DNA of 64,000 nt from a virus (Duplodnaviria > Caudoviricetes), in IMG/VR virus record IMGVR_UViG_3300048691_000224; one strand, 5' to 3'. The position numbers were made by a program, and so were the translations under genes. The notes below the pieces were generated by a model. That model worked only from the letters and a program-made list of their open reading frames with translations. It was not told where the DNA came from and searched no databases. Position 1 is the stretch's first letter, and each line of letters opens with the position of its first letter. Positions 19,255-30,500 of this stretch are shown piece by piece.

Positions 19255-20326
19255 TTTTCAGCAACCATTTGTTAGAGATCGCTTTGAATGAGAATTGGCC
19301 ATCGAGACGCTTCCACACCAAACCTTCGCGTTGCTTAGCAGTCAGTGAAGGTCCATCAGCCATCTCAAGCAAATCTGGAATCGAGTGGTTCAGAGTGAAT
19401 GTTCCGAGAATAGGAACCTGTTTCACCCCATTGAACCCCAAGGCGGTTATCTGATTGATGATTGCAGTGCGCTCTGCAGGTGGTAAGTACTTCCCAGTAT
19501 CAATATCAAAGATATCAAATACATAAGAATCAATTCCTGTGATCTTTTCCTGGTTACCTTGAATGCCCATACCAATCATCTCAGATTGTAGTGCTAAATT
19601 GCGGCCAGTCGACTGAATTGCCTCAATCAATTGATTCTGACGAGCGCACTTCCAGAATGCATTGTCTGCAGTCTCGAGTAACTCCAAATTACGAGAGCAC
19701 ACCCCAGGCACTCCATCTTTTACAAATACTGTCAGTGAGGAGCCATCAAGTTTAATCGATACCTCGAACTCCTGACCTGCGTTGTCAGTAATTGCTCTAC
19801 TCAAGTTTTGGCAGCGCTCTTGATCGCTACGGTGCAAGAATGATGGAAAATTCCCCTTTGCGATTCCGCCCAGCGCCGCTGGCAATTGGAGCTCCCACTT
19901 ATTAACATTCAGGCGTTTGCTGAATTCCATCCCCAACACATATTCCCTGAAGAAATCAAATCGTGTTGCGAGCGTGAATACACTACGTGCAAATTTGTTG
20001 GTCAGCGTATTACCTTCCGAGAACAAGCAATCTAATGGGAGAATCAAGCCCTGTGATAGTTGTTTTCTCAACCTCACTGTTCGCAGCTTCTCCCCCTTAA
20101 TACCCATGTATTGTCGAGGCTCTTTACCCTTAGACAAGAATGGCGCAAGTTTAGTGGGGATCCAGGAATCCACCTCAAAGTAGACGATCAGATCACCTAC
20201 TTTGAACTCATCTTTTTTGACGACAACCTCCCAACCGCCAATGCGGGCAGCTACAATTGCATCTGCGTCTGGGATTGGTGTAATCTCATCGATCACTCGG
20301 ATTGTTACTAATTTTCGTTCTGACAT
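19244..20326 (-). CDS. RNA ligase, DRB0094 family
   Basis: N-terminal OB-like RKLVTIRVIDEITPIPDAD..GGWEVVVKK; SIKLDGSS (motif I), REGLVWK and SFKAISNKWLL. Confidence 0.9.
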   Translation of the reverse strand: MSERKLVTIRVIDEITPIPDADAIVAARIGGWEVVVKKDEFKVGDLIVYFEVDSWIPTKLAPFLSKGKEPRQYMGIKGEKLRTVRLRKQLSQGLILPLDCLFSEGNTLTNKFARSVFTLATRFDFFREYVLGMEFSKRLNVNKWELQLPAALGGIAKGNFPSFLHRSDQERCQNLSRAITDNAGQEFEVSIKLDGSSLTVFVKDGVPGVCSRNLELLETADNAFWKCARQNQLIEAIQSTGRNLALQSEMIGMGIQGNQEKITGIDSYVFDIFDIDTGKYLPPAERTAIINQITALGFNGVKQVPILGTFTLNHSIPDLLEMADGPSLTAKQREGLVWKRLDGQFSFKAISNKWLLKNDV

Positions 20327-20349
20327 TTTATAATTCCTATTAATTTATG

Positions 20350-21393
20350 TTATGCTCGAGCAATGTTACTGCGCCACTCTCCACGTACCTTGTACCACAC
20401 TTCATGCACTTCAGGTGAGATCAGTGCTGTAGCATCGAGATTGGAGTTGCTCAGTGGGTTAATAATTTCAAATACATTGCTGTCACAATCTGGCCGTGAA
20501 CTGCGCCCAATTATTTGACTCAAAAGTGGATAACTCTGTAGCGTGCGGCCGATGATGACTGATTCGCAGCCCTTAACATCGACACCTTCACCAAGCTTGT
20601 TACAGGACACAGCAAACTGGTACTCCCTATCCTCGAAACTTTTCAGCTGAGTGTTAAGCTCTTTCTCACTAATATCAACAAGCGCTCGCGCTGTCTTACC
20701 GAGCTTGTTGATCGCCGTGGTCAGACTTACAGCCTCTGCTCTCGTTCGTACGAATACCATCGCTTGACCAACAATGTTCTCTTTCAACTTAATGATGTCG
20801 AGTACCATTTCACTGTGCGCTCGGGATGGATTATCAATAAAGGAGAACAATTTGCTATTAGCCAAGAAACCTTGCTTGACAGCATCTTCACGAGACAGTG
20901 GCTCCACAAACTTATCAAATTTGATAAGTGTAGAATCATTGCGGAGTTGAGTTGCCGTCAGACCGATGAACGGTACACGAGAGATTTTGTCCAACTTTAG
21001 TTGGATTGATAGGGTACTTTCGTGATGACACTCATCCATACACACGATATCAAATTCTAGATCATCTGGAATCGGGCTGGCGCTGGATTGAGGAAGAATC
21101 ATAATACCACTTTCTTGGGCGTACAATTCTTCTGCCTGGGACAACAATCGTTTGCGATGTGCAATAAACAGAATCCGAATCGGTCGAGCGGCTGGAATTT
21201 TGAGAAACTCCCGCATTTCAGGGCACGCAAATACTAGACCTGAGGCTAGTGACTTGCCAGCACCAGTCGGTAACACAACGCATATGCGCGTGAACCCCTC
21301 CTTGAGCGCTTGAATGACTTGGTTTTTTGCGGCAATTTGGTAATGGCGGGCTTCGCGATTACCAAACATTTCGATTACTGAGTCTTGATCCAA
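20350..21393 (-). CDS. SF2 helicase (DEAD/ResIII-like)
   Basis: RHYQ, LPTGAGKS, DECHH, GLTAT, KLGEGVDV and QIIGRSSR. Confidence 0.85.
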   Translation of the reverse strand: MDQDSVIEMFGNREARHYQIAAKNQVIQALKEGFTRICVVLPTGAGKSLASGLVFACPEMREFLKIPAARPIRILFIAHRKRLLSQAEELYAQESGIMILPQSSASPIPDDLEFDIVCMDECHHESTLSIQLKLDKISRVPFIGLTATQLRNDSTLIKFDKFVEPLSREDAVKQGFLANSKLFSFIDNPSRAHSEMVLDIIKLKENIVGQAMVFVRTRAEAVSLTTAINKLGKTARALVDISEKELNTQLKSFEDREYQFAVSCNKLGEGVDVKGCESVIIGRTLQSYPLLSQIIGRSSRPDCDSNVFEIINPLSNSNLDATALISPEVHEVWYKVRGEWRSNIARA

Positions 21394-21487
21394 AATAGTA
21401 CTCCTTGTTGTAGCGTTTCGGGTAATTTACTGTACCCATGGACCCTATTATACAGACTATTTTGGATTAGTCAACACTTATTTTACG

Positions 21488-22567
21488 TTAAAACGCCATC
21501 CCAGCATACTTGAATCCAACTTGTTTTTTGAGTGTGATGAGCACTTCCTTCTTGCCGCGAGTAAATTTGTATACTTGCTCACCACCGTTTTGGATTGTCA
21601 TCAGTGTAGCGGGTGACAACTCAAAGCTTTCATCACCGTCATCTGGCAATTTCAGTGCCTTACTGTCTCGAATTTGCATTGAATACCCACCTTCTAGAGC
21701 CAGTGGGGATAAATCAAGTGATTTTGGGTAGTAATTCACAATCTTGGGGAGTGGTGCTCCATCGACAGTGATATCGATAGCGTATTCCACATTTTCGTGG
21801 CGAGGTGATACGTTAAGCACAGATACAGATTCAGCCGCACTTTCGCCAAAGCGATTCATTTCCTCGACTAGTGCCTGCAACATGTCGAAATTGAATTTTG
21901 TGAACAAATTGACTACATCCAGTAAGCCTTGCAGTTGAGTTTGATCACTTAAATTTTGTGTAGCATATTCCACAACAACTTCAGGCTCGAGTGACCCATA
22001 CTCAAATGCGTAGTACACACGACCTGGGCGATTGAGTAGGTAATTACTTACCATCACTGAGTTAGTAGTGAGGACATACAAGTGCTTGCACGTTGCTGTA
22101 CCATCCAAAAGTGTCAGCAGCACTTCCTGATCATCACGATCATACACCTTCTCAAATTCATCAAATACAATGACGCACGGTGTGGTGATATCTGTGATCA
22201 ATTTGTTGAAGTCTGCCCCACAGTGCGCTTCACTAATCAAAATCACCGGGGTTCCGGTAGTTATCAGCTTGTTAGCCAACATCTTGGTGAGTAGTGTTTT
22301 TCCTGATCCCTTTTCGCCCGACAACAGGACGCCTGTAGAACGAGATCGGTCATTGAATGATTTGATGATTCGGTCTACGCGCTTCTGGGGAGAATTGCCG
22401 TACAATTTTGGAGGAAGTCCCATCACCGCCGTAGTCTGTAGGTAGTACTCAAGGGTCTGTGGATTCTGCTTTACAGCGTATGTGCCAGCGGGGAGTGAGG
22501 TTGATACCTCGATTGATCCAGTTGGAGCAAGCTTAATTGTATCGCCAGTTTTAATAAAGTGTGTCAT
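21488..22567 (-). CDS. AAA+ ATPase (BCS1-like)
   Basis: LLSGEKGSGKT, IVFDEFEK, LTTN and LLNRPGR. Confidence 0.85.
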   Translation of the reverse strand: MTHFIKTGDTIKLAPTGSIEVSTSLPAGTYAVKQNPQTLEYYLQTTAVMGLPPKLYGNSPQKRVDRIIKSFNDRSRSTGVLLSGEKGSGKTLLTKMLANKLITTGTPVILISEAHCGADFNKLITDITTPCVIVFDEFEKVYDRDDQEVLLTLLDGTATCKHLYVLTTNSVMVSNYLLNRPGRVYYAFEYGSLEPEVVVEYATQNLSDQTQLQGLLDVVNLFTKFNFDMLQALVEEMNRFGESAAESVSVLNVSPRHENVEYAIDITVDGAPLPKIVNYYPKSLDLSPLALEGGYSMQIRDSKALKLPDDGDESFELSPATLMTIQNGGEQVYKFTRGKKEVLITLKKQVGFKYAGMAF

Positions 22568-22589
22568 AGTTTTTATGGTAAGGTAAATT

Positions 22590-22691
22590 TGGTGTTCCGT
22601 GAGGGACTCGAACCCTCATTCACTGCCGAGCCGGCGACACCTTTTTCCGACTACTCGAGGGCAGCATCTTATCCTATTAGAAGAATGGAAC
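22590..22691 (-). tRNA. tRNA-like gene (Glu-like body) with a 25-nt insertion in the anticodon loop; anticodon undetermined
   Basis: GTTCCAT/ACGGAAC acceptor (one A-C mismatch) with A-CCA; T-arm GAGGG TTCGAGT CCCTC; anticodon stem CTGCC/GGCAG enclosing 32 nt instead of 7. Confidence 0.75.
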
Positions 22692-22754
22692 GATTGTTGT
22701 GTTATTGATTATCTGTTATTGATTATCTGTTGTTAAATTAATTAGTATTTTCAT

Positions 22755-23345
22755 TTATGTTATATGACACGTAAGATATGTACCAAGTTCTAGACCCTGT
22801 AGTTCTTTGGGCAATTTCTGTACAGCTTCGAGGTACGACTGTGAGAAATTATCAATTTTCTCACAGCCGCCGTCAGTGTACTCAATCCAGATACCGACAA
22901 CATTCCAATCGCGAACCGAGTCATAGAAAATTGACCCAACTTGTAGAGTATCATTATCGATCATCTCATCAACAATTCCCTTCCCAACGAGTGTACACAT
23001 TTCATTATATGGTAACCCGAGTATAATTCCACATCCAGTATCAATGCTCATATTGTTCTCCTAGTTCAAATATTACCTGGGGTTGCGTGTATGTTCACTT
23101 GGTCTTTTTGGGTGGCAAAGTGGGGTACTAAAAAATGCAGAATTGATCATTAATTCTTCCAACTGAACTAAAAAACATATAGTTCCAAAAATTGGAACCA
23201 GGCTCAGCACAACCATCCAAAAAGCATCGCCACGTGTTACTCCATATTTGTACCCCAACAGTCCATAGAACACGACCCAGTTGCCGATAATACTCGCCAA
23301 GTAGATCCATGGAATAATTTGTGTGAGTGTGTCGAATGGTATCAT
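22755..23345 (-). other. Two small hypothetical CDSs (22755-23051; 23073-23345 membrane)
   Basis: ORFs with RBS; the second is hydrophobic. Confidence 0.5.
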
Positions 23346-23347
23346 GT

Positions 23348-23956
23348 TTATACCTCCCCGTGGTGGTCGTACGTCACTTCAATTTTATACAATTCTTCGA
23401 CGACACTAGCGAGAGTATACGGGAACAAATTGTTGGTGTCTAGCCCAACATCCTTGATTCGTCCTCGTACTGCACAGTGTGACCCGTGTAAGTGTCCGTG
23501 AAGCATCAGTGTACCGTGCCCTTGCCCATTCCAGTGCATCATCGGATAGTGCGACATGATCAATTTGATCTTTGAGCGTTTCTCATTTTCACGAGTGAAT
23601 GTGTGCTCATAGTAGTCGTGGATGGACACAAAAAGATCGCTCAGAGTTGGATCATTCTTGATCAACCTTTTCAGTGATACGTCGTGGTTACCAGCGATTA
23701 GTGTCTTGGTTCCATTCAGGCGGCGAATCAGCGCAGGAGCACCTTCGATCTTACCCATTGCCACATCACCAAGAATAAATGTGTGATCTGTTGGTGATAC
23801 AACAGAATTCCAGTTTGTGATGATATTCTCATTCATGTGAGCAACATCATCCCACGTAGGTTCGATCTTGGCTGACTCTGATACCGCACGATTTGGGCAA
23901 TACTTCTGGATTGCTAGATGGTTGAAGTGAATATCACTTGCAATAAATTGTGTCAT
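23348..23956 (-). CDS. Calcineurin-like metallophosphoesterase
   Basis: SDIHF, LGDV, AGNHD, SHYP and HGHLH. Confidence 0.9.
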   Translation of the reverse strand: MTQFIASDIHFNHLAIQKYCPNRAVSESAKIEPTWDDVAHMNENIITNWNSVVSPTDHTFILGDVAMGKIEGAPALIRRLNGTKTLIAGNHDVSLKRLIKNDPTLSDLFVSIHDYYEHTFTRENEKRSKIKLIMSHYPMMHWNGQGHGTLMLHGHLHGSHCAVRGRIKDVGLDTNNLFPYTLASVVEELYKIEVTYDHHGEV

Positions 23957-24871
23957 GTTTTCTTTATTCCCCCGAATGCTTTATATGCACCATCTAATGT
24001 GAATGCAGGATTGTTGTATATTGATTCCATAATCCTGCGCAGCGTCGCAGTGATTTCTGGAATTTGTCGATCGGCAGTATTGTTCATCTCTTTGACGAGT
24101 GAGTACCTATGATAACAGAGGCTTACAGCACGTTCTCCAAGAGAGCGCCGAGTATCAATGTGTGGGTCAATCTCACCCTTCTTGGGTTGGGGCAATTTTG
24201 CATACTCATGCATACTCATCCTTTAGGATTTGAATATCAATATCCGACTGATCCCATTTTGATATAGTCATGTTATTTTGAGATTTGACCATATACCAAA
24301 TTCTTAACATACTTCACGGTGTTTGGGTTTAGGTCAACATATAGTATATCAATTATACCCTCTTCGGTCATTGCACAAACTGTTTGAGTTATATCGATGA
24401 TATCTAAAGGGACTAGCTCTTCGCCCTGTTCGTACACTAGACGCAATGCTTGATGAACTCGTGATAAATTTTCTGATATTACCAAGTGGTTCTGGTACGA
24501 TTTATCTAGGGTTCTAACATGGTCCAGATATTTTGCAAAACATAAATTTGCGGAATCAAACGTGGAATATTTGTTCAAGATATTGTCTGATTGATTATGA
24601 TTCACCACCAATTTGTAGAGCGTAGTTTGCTCGGTCATTCGGAAATTCCATTCAGTTCAAGAATTACTCGGCCAGCAAATTTTGGGCTTGTTCGACGATC
24701 CTTCGCTGATGTGAAATCATAGACCACGATTCCTTCAAGGTCAACTGGGACAAACTCAACATGAGATGAATAGTGCTCCTCATATAGCCCGGCTACCTCA
24801 ACTTCAGCTGTCTGAGGGTATGTCAACAATTTTTCAATCAATTGTGCTACAGTAGTCATTTCTGAATCCAT
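23953..24871 (-). other. Three small hypothetical CDSs (23953-24219, 24273-24638, 24635-24871)
   Basis: Packed ORFs downstream of the 24887-24927 promoter. Confidence 0.5.
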
Positions 24872-24940
24872 TCGTTGCTTAACTTACTCTTAGGGTCTAT
24901 TATAACCCCAAACTAGAATAGAGTCAACAGTTGCATGAAA

Positions 24941-25714
24941 TTAATCGATGTACCCAGCGGATTCAGTTATCATTCCTGGGTTTGCTGCAACACAAAGCAA
25001 AAATTGGATTGCTCCTCCAGTGCAGAGGTCGTAGTCCTGTTTTGAGTATTTGACAATTCGCTTCAGTGTTGCTACTGGGTGGTGAATATTATTAATTACT
25101 AATTTTTTGGAGCTAATATCGTGCAGTGCAAGAGGGGTTGTTACTAGGGTAACCTTTGTTCCATCTATTTTAGTGATGGCGACTTGTGAAATCGTCAAGT
25201 CGAAGAAATTAAATACTGAGGCGATATCAGTGAAGTACTCTAGTGTAACTAGGTTCACCTCGGTTGTGCCCCTTGTCAACATCAGACTATTGGGTTGGGT
25301 TTTTGTGACAGCAAATCCATTTGTGATTAATAGCCCCAATACCGTAGTAAATTGCTGCTCTGATTTAAAAAATATATCAAAATCAGACTTAGACGTGTCT
25401 CTACCATCTAGTAGTCGAGTGCAAAATCCTCCAGCCAGCCACGGGCCTGCAGTGTGATCCAAATTGATATCAGGCAATTTTCCTAAATTTGTGAGATACC
25501 TTTGATAAAATGTTGTATCAGCCTGGTCGCCCTTATTGTGGAGGCGTTCGATGTAGTGCTGAGGATCAAAATGAATCAGATCAGACATCGCCAACACAGG
25601 TGTATCAACCGGGGCCGCAGGAGTAGGAGAAGCAGTAGAGGACATTGAGTCTGCTGAGCTCAATAATGCTAGAAAGTCAGATGACGGTAATACGACGTTG
25701 TGATTAAATGACAT
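24941..25714 (-). CDS. Pol-beta-superfamily nucleotidyltransferase (CCA/poly(A) polymerase head-like)
   Basis: WLAGGF...SDFDIFF (hGG + DxD), FDLTISQ and RIVKYSK. Confidence 0.7.
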   Translation of the reverse strand: MSFNHNVVLPSSDFLALLSSADSMSSTASPTPAAPVDTPVLAMSDLIHFDPQHYIERLHNKGDQADTTFYQRYLTNLGKLPDINLDHTAGPWLAGGFCTRLLDGRDTSKSDFDIFFKSEQQFTTVLGLLITNGFAVTKTQPNSLMLTRGTTEVNLVTLEYFTDIASVFNFFDLTISQVAITKIDGTKVTLVTTPLALHDISSKKLVINNIHHPVATLKRIVKYSKQDYDLCTGGAIQFLLCVAANPGMITESAGYID

Positions 25715-25732
25715 GTCAATGTGTATGTGGGT

Positions 25733-26041
25733 TTATGATTCATCTGCGAGGGCGGTCAAAATTGCACCCCACCATCGGCCGTGTTCTGCCAGTTCTGCAT
25801 CTGGATAGTTGTGGCACTGAGTACCTTGAAGGAGTTCGACGATTGGACAGTATTGTTTGTCGTACTTCCCCGTATCAGGAGTATAGTACTCCCTCTCCAA
25901 CAAACCGATTGTACTCCAGGCTACCGCATCTGGGTGCCAGGCATCGACAGGCTTGTTGGTAGAGTCGACAGCGTTGTACTCAGATACGTAATCTCTACAG
26001 ACATCCGAGTATAACCGCTTGAGGGTATTTGAATATTTCAC
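25733..26041 (-). CDS. Hypothetical protein
   Basis: DAVAWSTIGLL motif; 102 aa. Confidence 0.5.
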   Translation of the reverse strand: MKYSNTLKRLYSDVCRDYVSEYNAVDSTNKPVDAWHPDAVAWSTIGLLEREYYTPDTGKYDKQYCPIVELLQGTQCHNYPDAELAEHGRWWGAILTALADES

Positions 26042-26061
26042 TATTCAATTACTTGGGTAAA

Positions 26062-26412
26062 TTATCGGCGAGGGATGCCGTACTTGACCATGGCAGCGTG
26101 CACCATTGTGTGTGGCAAGCACAACTCAGCACCAATTTCACGCAAGCTCTTTCCTTGTGCCCAATATGCGGTCACGAGTTTAGAAGGGGTGAGGGCTGTC
26201 GGTTGACGGCCTACTGTGTTTACTGCATTGCCAGTTCGAGCCAACAGTGCAGTGACAGAAGAACCATCAACACCCAACAACTCACTGGTCTTGCGGCGGG
26301 AACCAGTAAGTGAGTACACTGCTTTGATGGCATTTAGTGTAACATCACGATTACCAAGAATAGACGAGCGCTGGATTGCTGAAGTGATTGCTGTTGATTT
26401 AGATTTTGTCAT
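26062..26412 (-). CDS. Double helix-turn-helix DNA-binding protein
   Basis: SRRKTSELLGVDGSSV and SLREIGAELCLPHTMV are HTH-like. Confidence 0.6.
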   Translation of the reverse strand: MTKSKSTAITSAIQRSSILGNRDVTLNAIKAVYSLTGSRRKTSELLGVDGSSVTALLARTGNAVNTVGRQPTALTPSKLVTAYWAQGKSLREIGAELCLPHTMVHAAMVKYGIPRR

Positions 26413-26484
26413 TAGTGTGGTATCCTTATAGATAGTGAGTTTAGTGAAAAAGTAATCTCTGAACTTTCAGAGACTTCGTCTATA

Positions 26485-27084
26485 TTACCGTTGTTCTGAG
26501 TTGTGCTCAACCAACGATCTAATATATGTAGTTACCGTGGACTTCTTTACCCCGGCTTGCAAGGCTTGTTCATATATCCATCGAGTGTCGTACCCTTCGC
26601 AGATGCAGATTGTGTATAGTTGTTGGATGAGTTGTCGACGAGTCTTAAATGTAAATTCCTGCAGTGTTATATCGTGGGTCCAAGTGATTTCAGTCACATC
26701 GCGCTGTCGTTTAACAGAGTCTGTATTCATTATGTGGCAGACTGTTGGTTCTACGCCGAATTTGCGCATGATCGCCTTCCAGATTCTATCGTGCCCTCTA
26801 CTACCTAGACCATCAGCGATTAAATGAGCAACTTCATGGGGGACGATTTGATTGAGGAACGTGTCTAGATTTTCTGCCGCAAGTTGAATATTAAAATTCA
26901 GTGTATTGGTGGTGTGGCAAGCAGTACCTGCCACCGTGCCCTTTAGTGTAAATTCTATAGTGGGGATTGCTCGATTGAACCGACGTGGGTATAGCGTACG
27001 GCCGAATAAAACCCACTTGATCACGCACTGCGTTAGTTGAGTTTTAGTTGAGTTATAATCATACGCTAGTGATTCTACCTTCAT
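26485..27084 (-). CDS. SprT-like zinc metalloprotease
   Basis: AGTA, VPHEVAHL, GHDRIWKAIM and PTVCH. Confidence 0.85.
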   Translation of the reverse strand: MKVESLAYDYNSTKTQLTQCVIKWVLFGRTLYPRRFNRAIPTIEFTLKGTVAGTACHTTNTLNFNIQLAAENLDTFLNQIVPHEVAHLIADGLGSRGHDRIWKAIMRKFGVEPTVCHIMNTDSVKRQRDVTEITWTHDITLQEFTFKTRRQLIQQLYTICICEGYDTRWIYEQALQAGVKKSTVTTYIRSLVEHNSEQR

Positions 27085-27504
27085 CTATTCATCTAATTTT
27101 CGACATGCGTGAGAGGTGAGTTCACTCAACACTAATAAATTGGGTAACCTGAACGCAAGTGTATCCCTAAAACCCATTCTGACACCTGACTCGACGACAG
27201 CACCTGAGCGGCTGATTCCAGCAGTGCACTGAACAACGAGATTGGTATCAGTATTCAGAGCACTAATTAAAATGTCGACGAGTGCTTCTGCTTGATCGCT
27301 CGAAATCCTACTAGGTTCGGTACTCCCATCAACATCAGCGAATATAACTTCATGTACTTCGTTAAAGTGTTCCAATAGGGCTGGGTATGTTCGTAAGTCT
27401 TCTTCTCTATCTACTATCCGAATGAGTGTAGTCTTACCAGGAACCAAGAAATGAAATCCATCACGCACAGCTGTATGGGAAATGTTGACTATCCACGGTT
27501 TCAT
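27085..27504 (-). CDS. Protein-tyrosine/dual-specificity phosphatase-like protein
   Basis: VVQCTAGISRSGAV CX5R loop; FADV; PNLLV. Confidence 0.85.
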   Translation of the reverse strand: MKPWIVNISHTAVRDGFHFLVPGKTTLIRIVDREEDLRTYPALLEHFNEVHEVIFADVDGSTEPSRISSDQAEALVDILISALNTDTNLVVQCTAGISRSGAVVESGVRMGFRDTLAFRLPNLLVLSELTSHACRKLDE

Positions 27505-27505
27505 A

Positions 27506-30500
27506 TTATATCCAAAGAGTTAAACAAAAGCCGGTGGCGAGTGCAACAATCGGTAGACCGAAGTAAATCAGTGCTGTATCACGCACGGTACGTATCGGGC
27601 GATAGTGATCACGAAATGTCAGTAATTGAATCAACAACATTATTCCACAAGCGTGTATTAGTGGGACAGTCGGAAGGGGTGTGAAAACTGGAATCACGAA
27701 CCACTCCCACAACTGCACAGCCACGGCAGCCCACACAAGTAGGCGACCTGTTTCACATACTACAAAAACAGCAAGCTTATCGCTACCTCGAGCCGTCATC
27801 TCGCGTATCCAGCTAAATCGCCAGGCACGCGTGATGCGGCTAACAATCGTTTCATGTCGATTGTGCGATTTGATGTACACCAAACGCAAGAGTTATTGTG
27901 TTCACAACTCGATGCTTTGATGTGCGATTGGTTCTGCCCGTCGCGCAACTTTTGTCCAGTACTTTTGTCGCGTCGAATTGTATTACTCATTTGAGTTTGC
28001 CCTCTGTTCATTGTTGTCGTCGATTAAGATTGGTATTCTAGTCAGCCCCAAACGCCGAATCTTCTGCGGCCTTGAGCCTCAAAAATTCAGCATATCCAGG
28101 GGAAGACTTAGCCTTCAAGTGAGACTTAATCTCATTGGCGGTGGTGGGATCACTACCCTTATTCAAAATCGCTGAAATCACTTCTTCTACAGTGTATTTC
28201 GGTTGTTTGACCGGCAATGTTAGTTCATTTTTCATATTGTTGTACGTGGTGCGATAGTTACAATTATACTAGAGACAATAGTTGTTGTCTTATGTGCGTG
28301 TGTTATCTTTGGACTACTAATCATATACCAAAGCTGTCCATGAGATCAACAGGCAATTAAGTTGATTTGATGGTCTTGAGGACGGTCGGCGGTGCAATGT
28401 TCATACAGCCACCGTTAATAGCAATACCACCTTGCTTTCTACACTTTGATTCAAACTGATAAGCAGTGATCGCACTCCATACCAAACCAATCAATGTACC
28501 AATCAGGGTAGAAATTGCAATTTTTAGAAATTAGATTCATCACGGCGGCACCTTGGCAATTTTGGAAATCAAAATATAGGCGTGGTGAGATCGCACACCA
28601 ATGGTCTGTGTAAGTTATTCATTAGTTAATTCCGATTTTGGAATTGGAAGTAGGTAGGTTTTTGGGTTTAATTTGTAGTTCTTTGTGTTTACCCTCATCC
28701 GCAAATTCAAATGAGCACATTACTGAGAGAATCCAAACAAGAGCTTGAGTTATACCCTGTAGTTCGCTATTGGGTCGAATTAGTGTTAATCCCGTCAACC
28801 CAAACAACACCCAGTTGAATGAAATGAAACTGGCCAACCCAACGGAAATCAACCACCAAAGTTTATATTTTTTCAGCATATCACTCCTCTAATCCAAAAT
28901 GTTTGATAATCCGTTGCTTATCTAAATGGTCAGTCATTTGTGAGAGACACTCTTGAATAATAACTCTAGCGTATTCTCTTTCCCATTTCCATGCTGCATT
29001 AGAACCTTGTTCAATACAAATATCTGTTGCTCGGTAATTCAAGCTTTTGTATAAATCGTTCATTTTCACACCCACCATTTAATAGTTTTTATTGTATTTT
29101 CGAGTTTGTGTTTGAGTCTTGCGGCTCTGTACTCAGCAAGCCTATCTAACGCATATTCCTTGGCCGGCGCTTCTGCATAGCGGCGGTGCGTTGTTGGCCA
29201 CCAATAACAGTCATTGCGACTATGACAATACCAATCATCTGTCATATCCATATACTCTTTAAAGAATATGCCACGTACAATCGCGAATTTATCACCAATT
29301 TGAACTAATCTCATGTGTATTCTCCTTAAATTGACTCTTTGTAGAAATAATATCTAGACATATATGAATTATAGTCTAGTTTGTATGGTAGAACAATGTT
29401 ACCAAAATCATCTTGGAATTGTTCCAATGTAATTGAGCTTGGAGTCATCATTTACCACCAAATTCTTTAGTCTTGAGTTCTGCTAGACGTTTTAACATTT
29501 TGAATTTCCTGTAGTTTACACTTGCTCTTAGGGTCTATTATACCCCAAATCGGAGTAAGGTCAACAAGTTAACATCGATTTCGAATTTTTTATGGTGATC
29601 GTCAACGTATGTGTTGTTGCCCCACTGGGTGAATGTCACATCACATTCATCGGGGCGAGAGACTGACCGGAATAAATTTGTGTATAACTGTTTAAATTGC
29701 GCGCCTGCGTTGAATCTAGGATCACTTCTGAGTGAGTAAGTGATGTCGTATCGAGTTTTGAAGAATAATCGATTGGCTAGTGTGGCTTCATGTGGACATA
29801 GTACATGTAAGTCACCATCATAACTATATCCGTCTTCATATCCCCGATTACTCTGCCACTTTTGAGGAATAATTAAATCCATCTCTGCAATTTTGTGAGA
29901 CTTACCGCAAATGCACTTGATGGTTTGGTTGCCCCGCAGCGCATTTAACTCGCGATTGATTTGTTCAAGCTCGGCTGTGACGGCTCTCAGGCGAGCTTTT
30001 TGTGCTGCAATTTTACTTGGCATAATTATTCTTTACATTTAGGTACGTGATTTTAACAATGTTCTAGCAACGAACACAACGGGCATCTATTTTCCGGAGG
30101 TGTGATTTTTGCTCAAGAGTTACCCATGGCGCACCGCCGCGGAGGGACATCCGGTCAACATAGCAAAGTTGAGAGTCGACATCTCTCACAACTGTTGCTG
30201 TACCCATTGCCCTATACTCTCCACATACGTACACACCAATGCGGACCAAATCACCGAATCCAATTTCATCGCTCATAATTATTCTTTGCCTTCAGCCAGT
30301 ACAAACTCTTGACAGAGTTGCACATAGTCTTCCATTTTATTTGCAACTGCATCATATCCAGCAGAATGAGCGTCTTCATATGCTTTATTGTAACATACCT
30401 TATATTGTGCGGGAGATAGTTCAGAGAAATAATCTACGAGCTTAGTTTCAAAGTGATCATTCGCTGCAGCCTCAAGTTCAACAAGACGTGTCCGATAACT

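Noticed and set aside
22700-22731. 14-bp tandem duplication TGTTATTGATTATC x2 upstream of the tRNA-like gene
   Set aside because: Only two copies with no spacers; probably a slippage duplication, not CRISPR or iterons.
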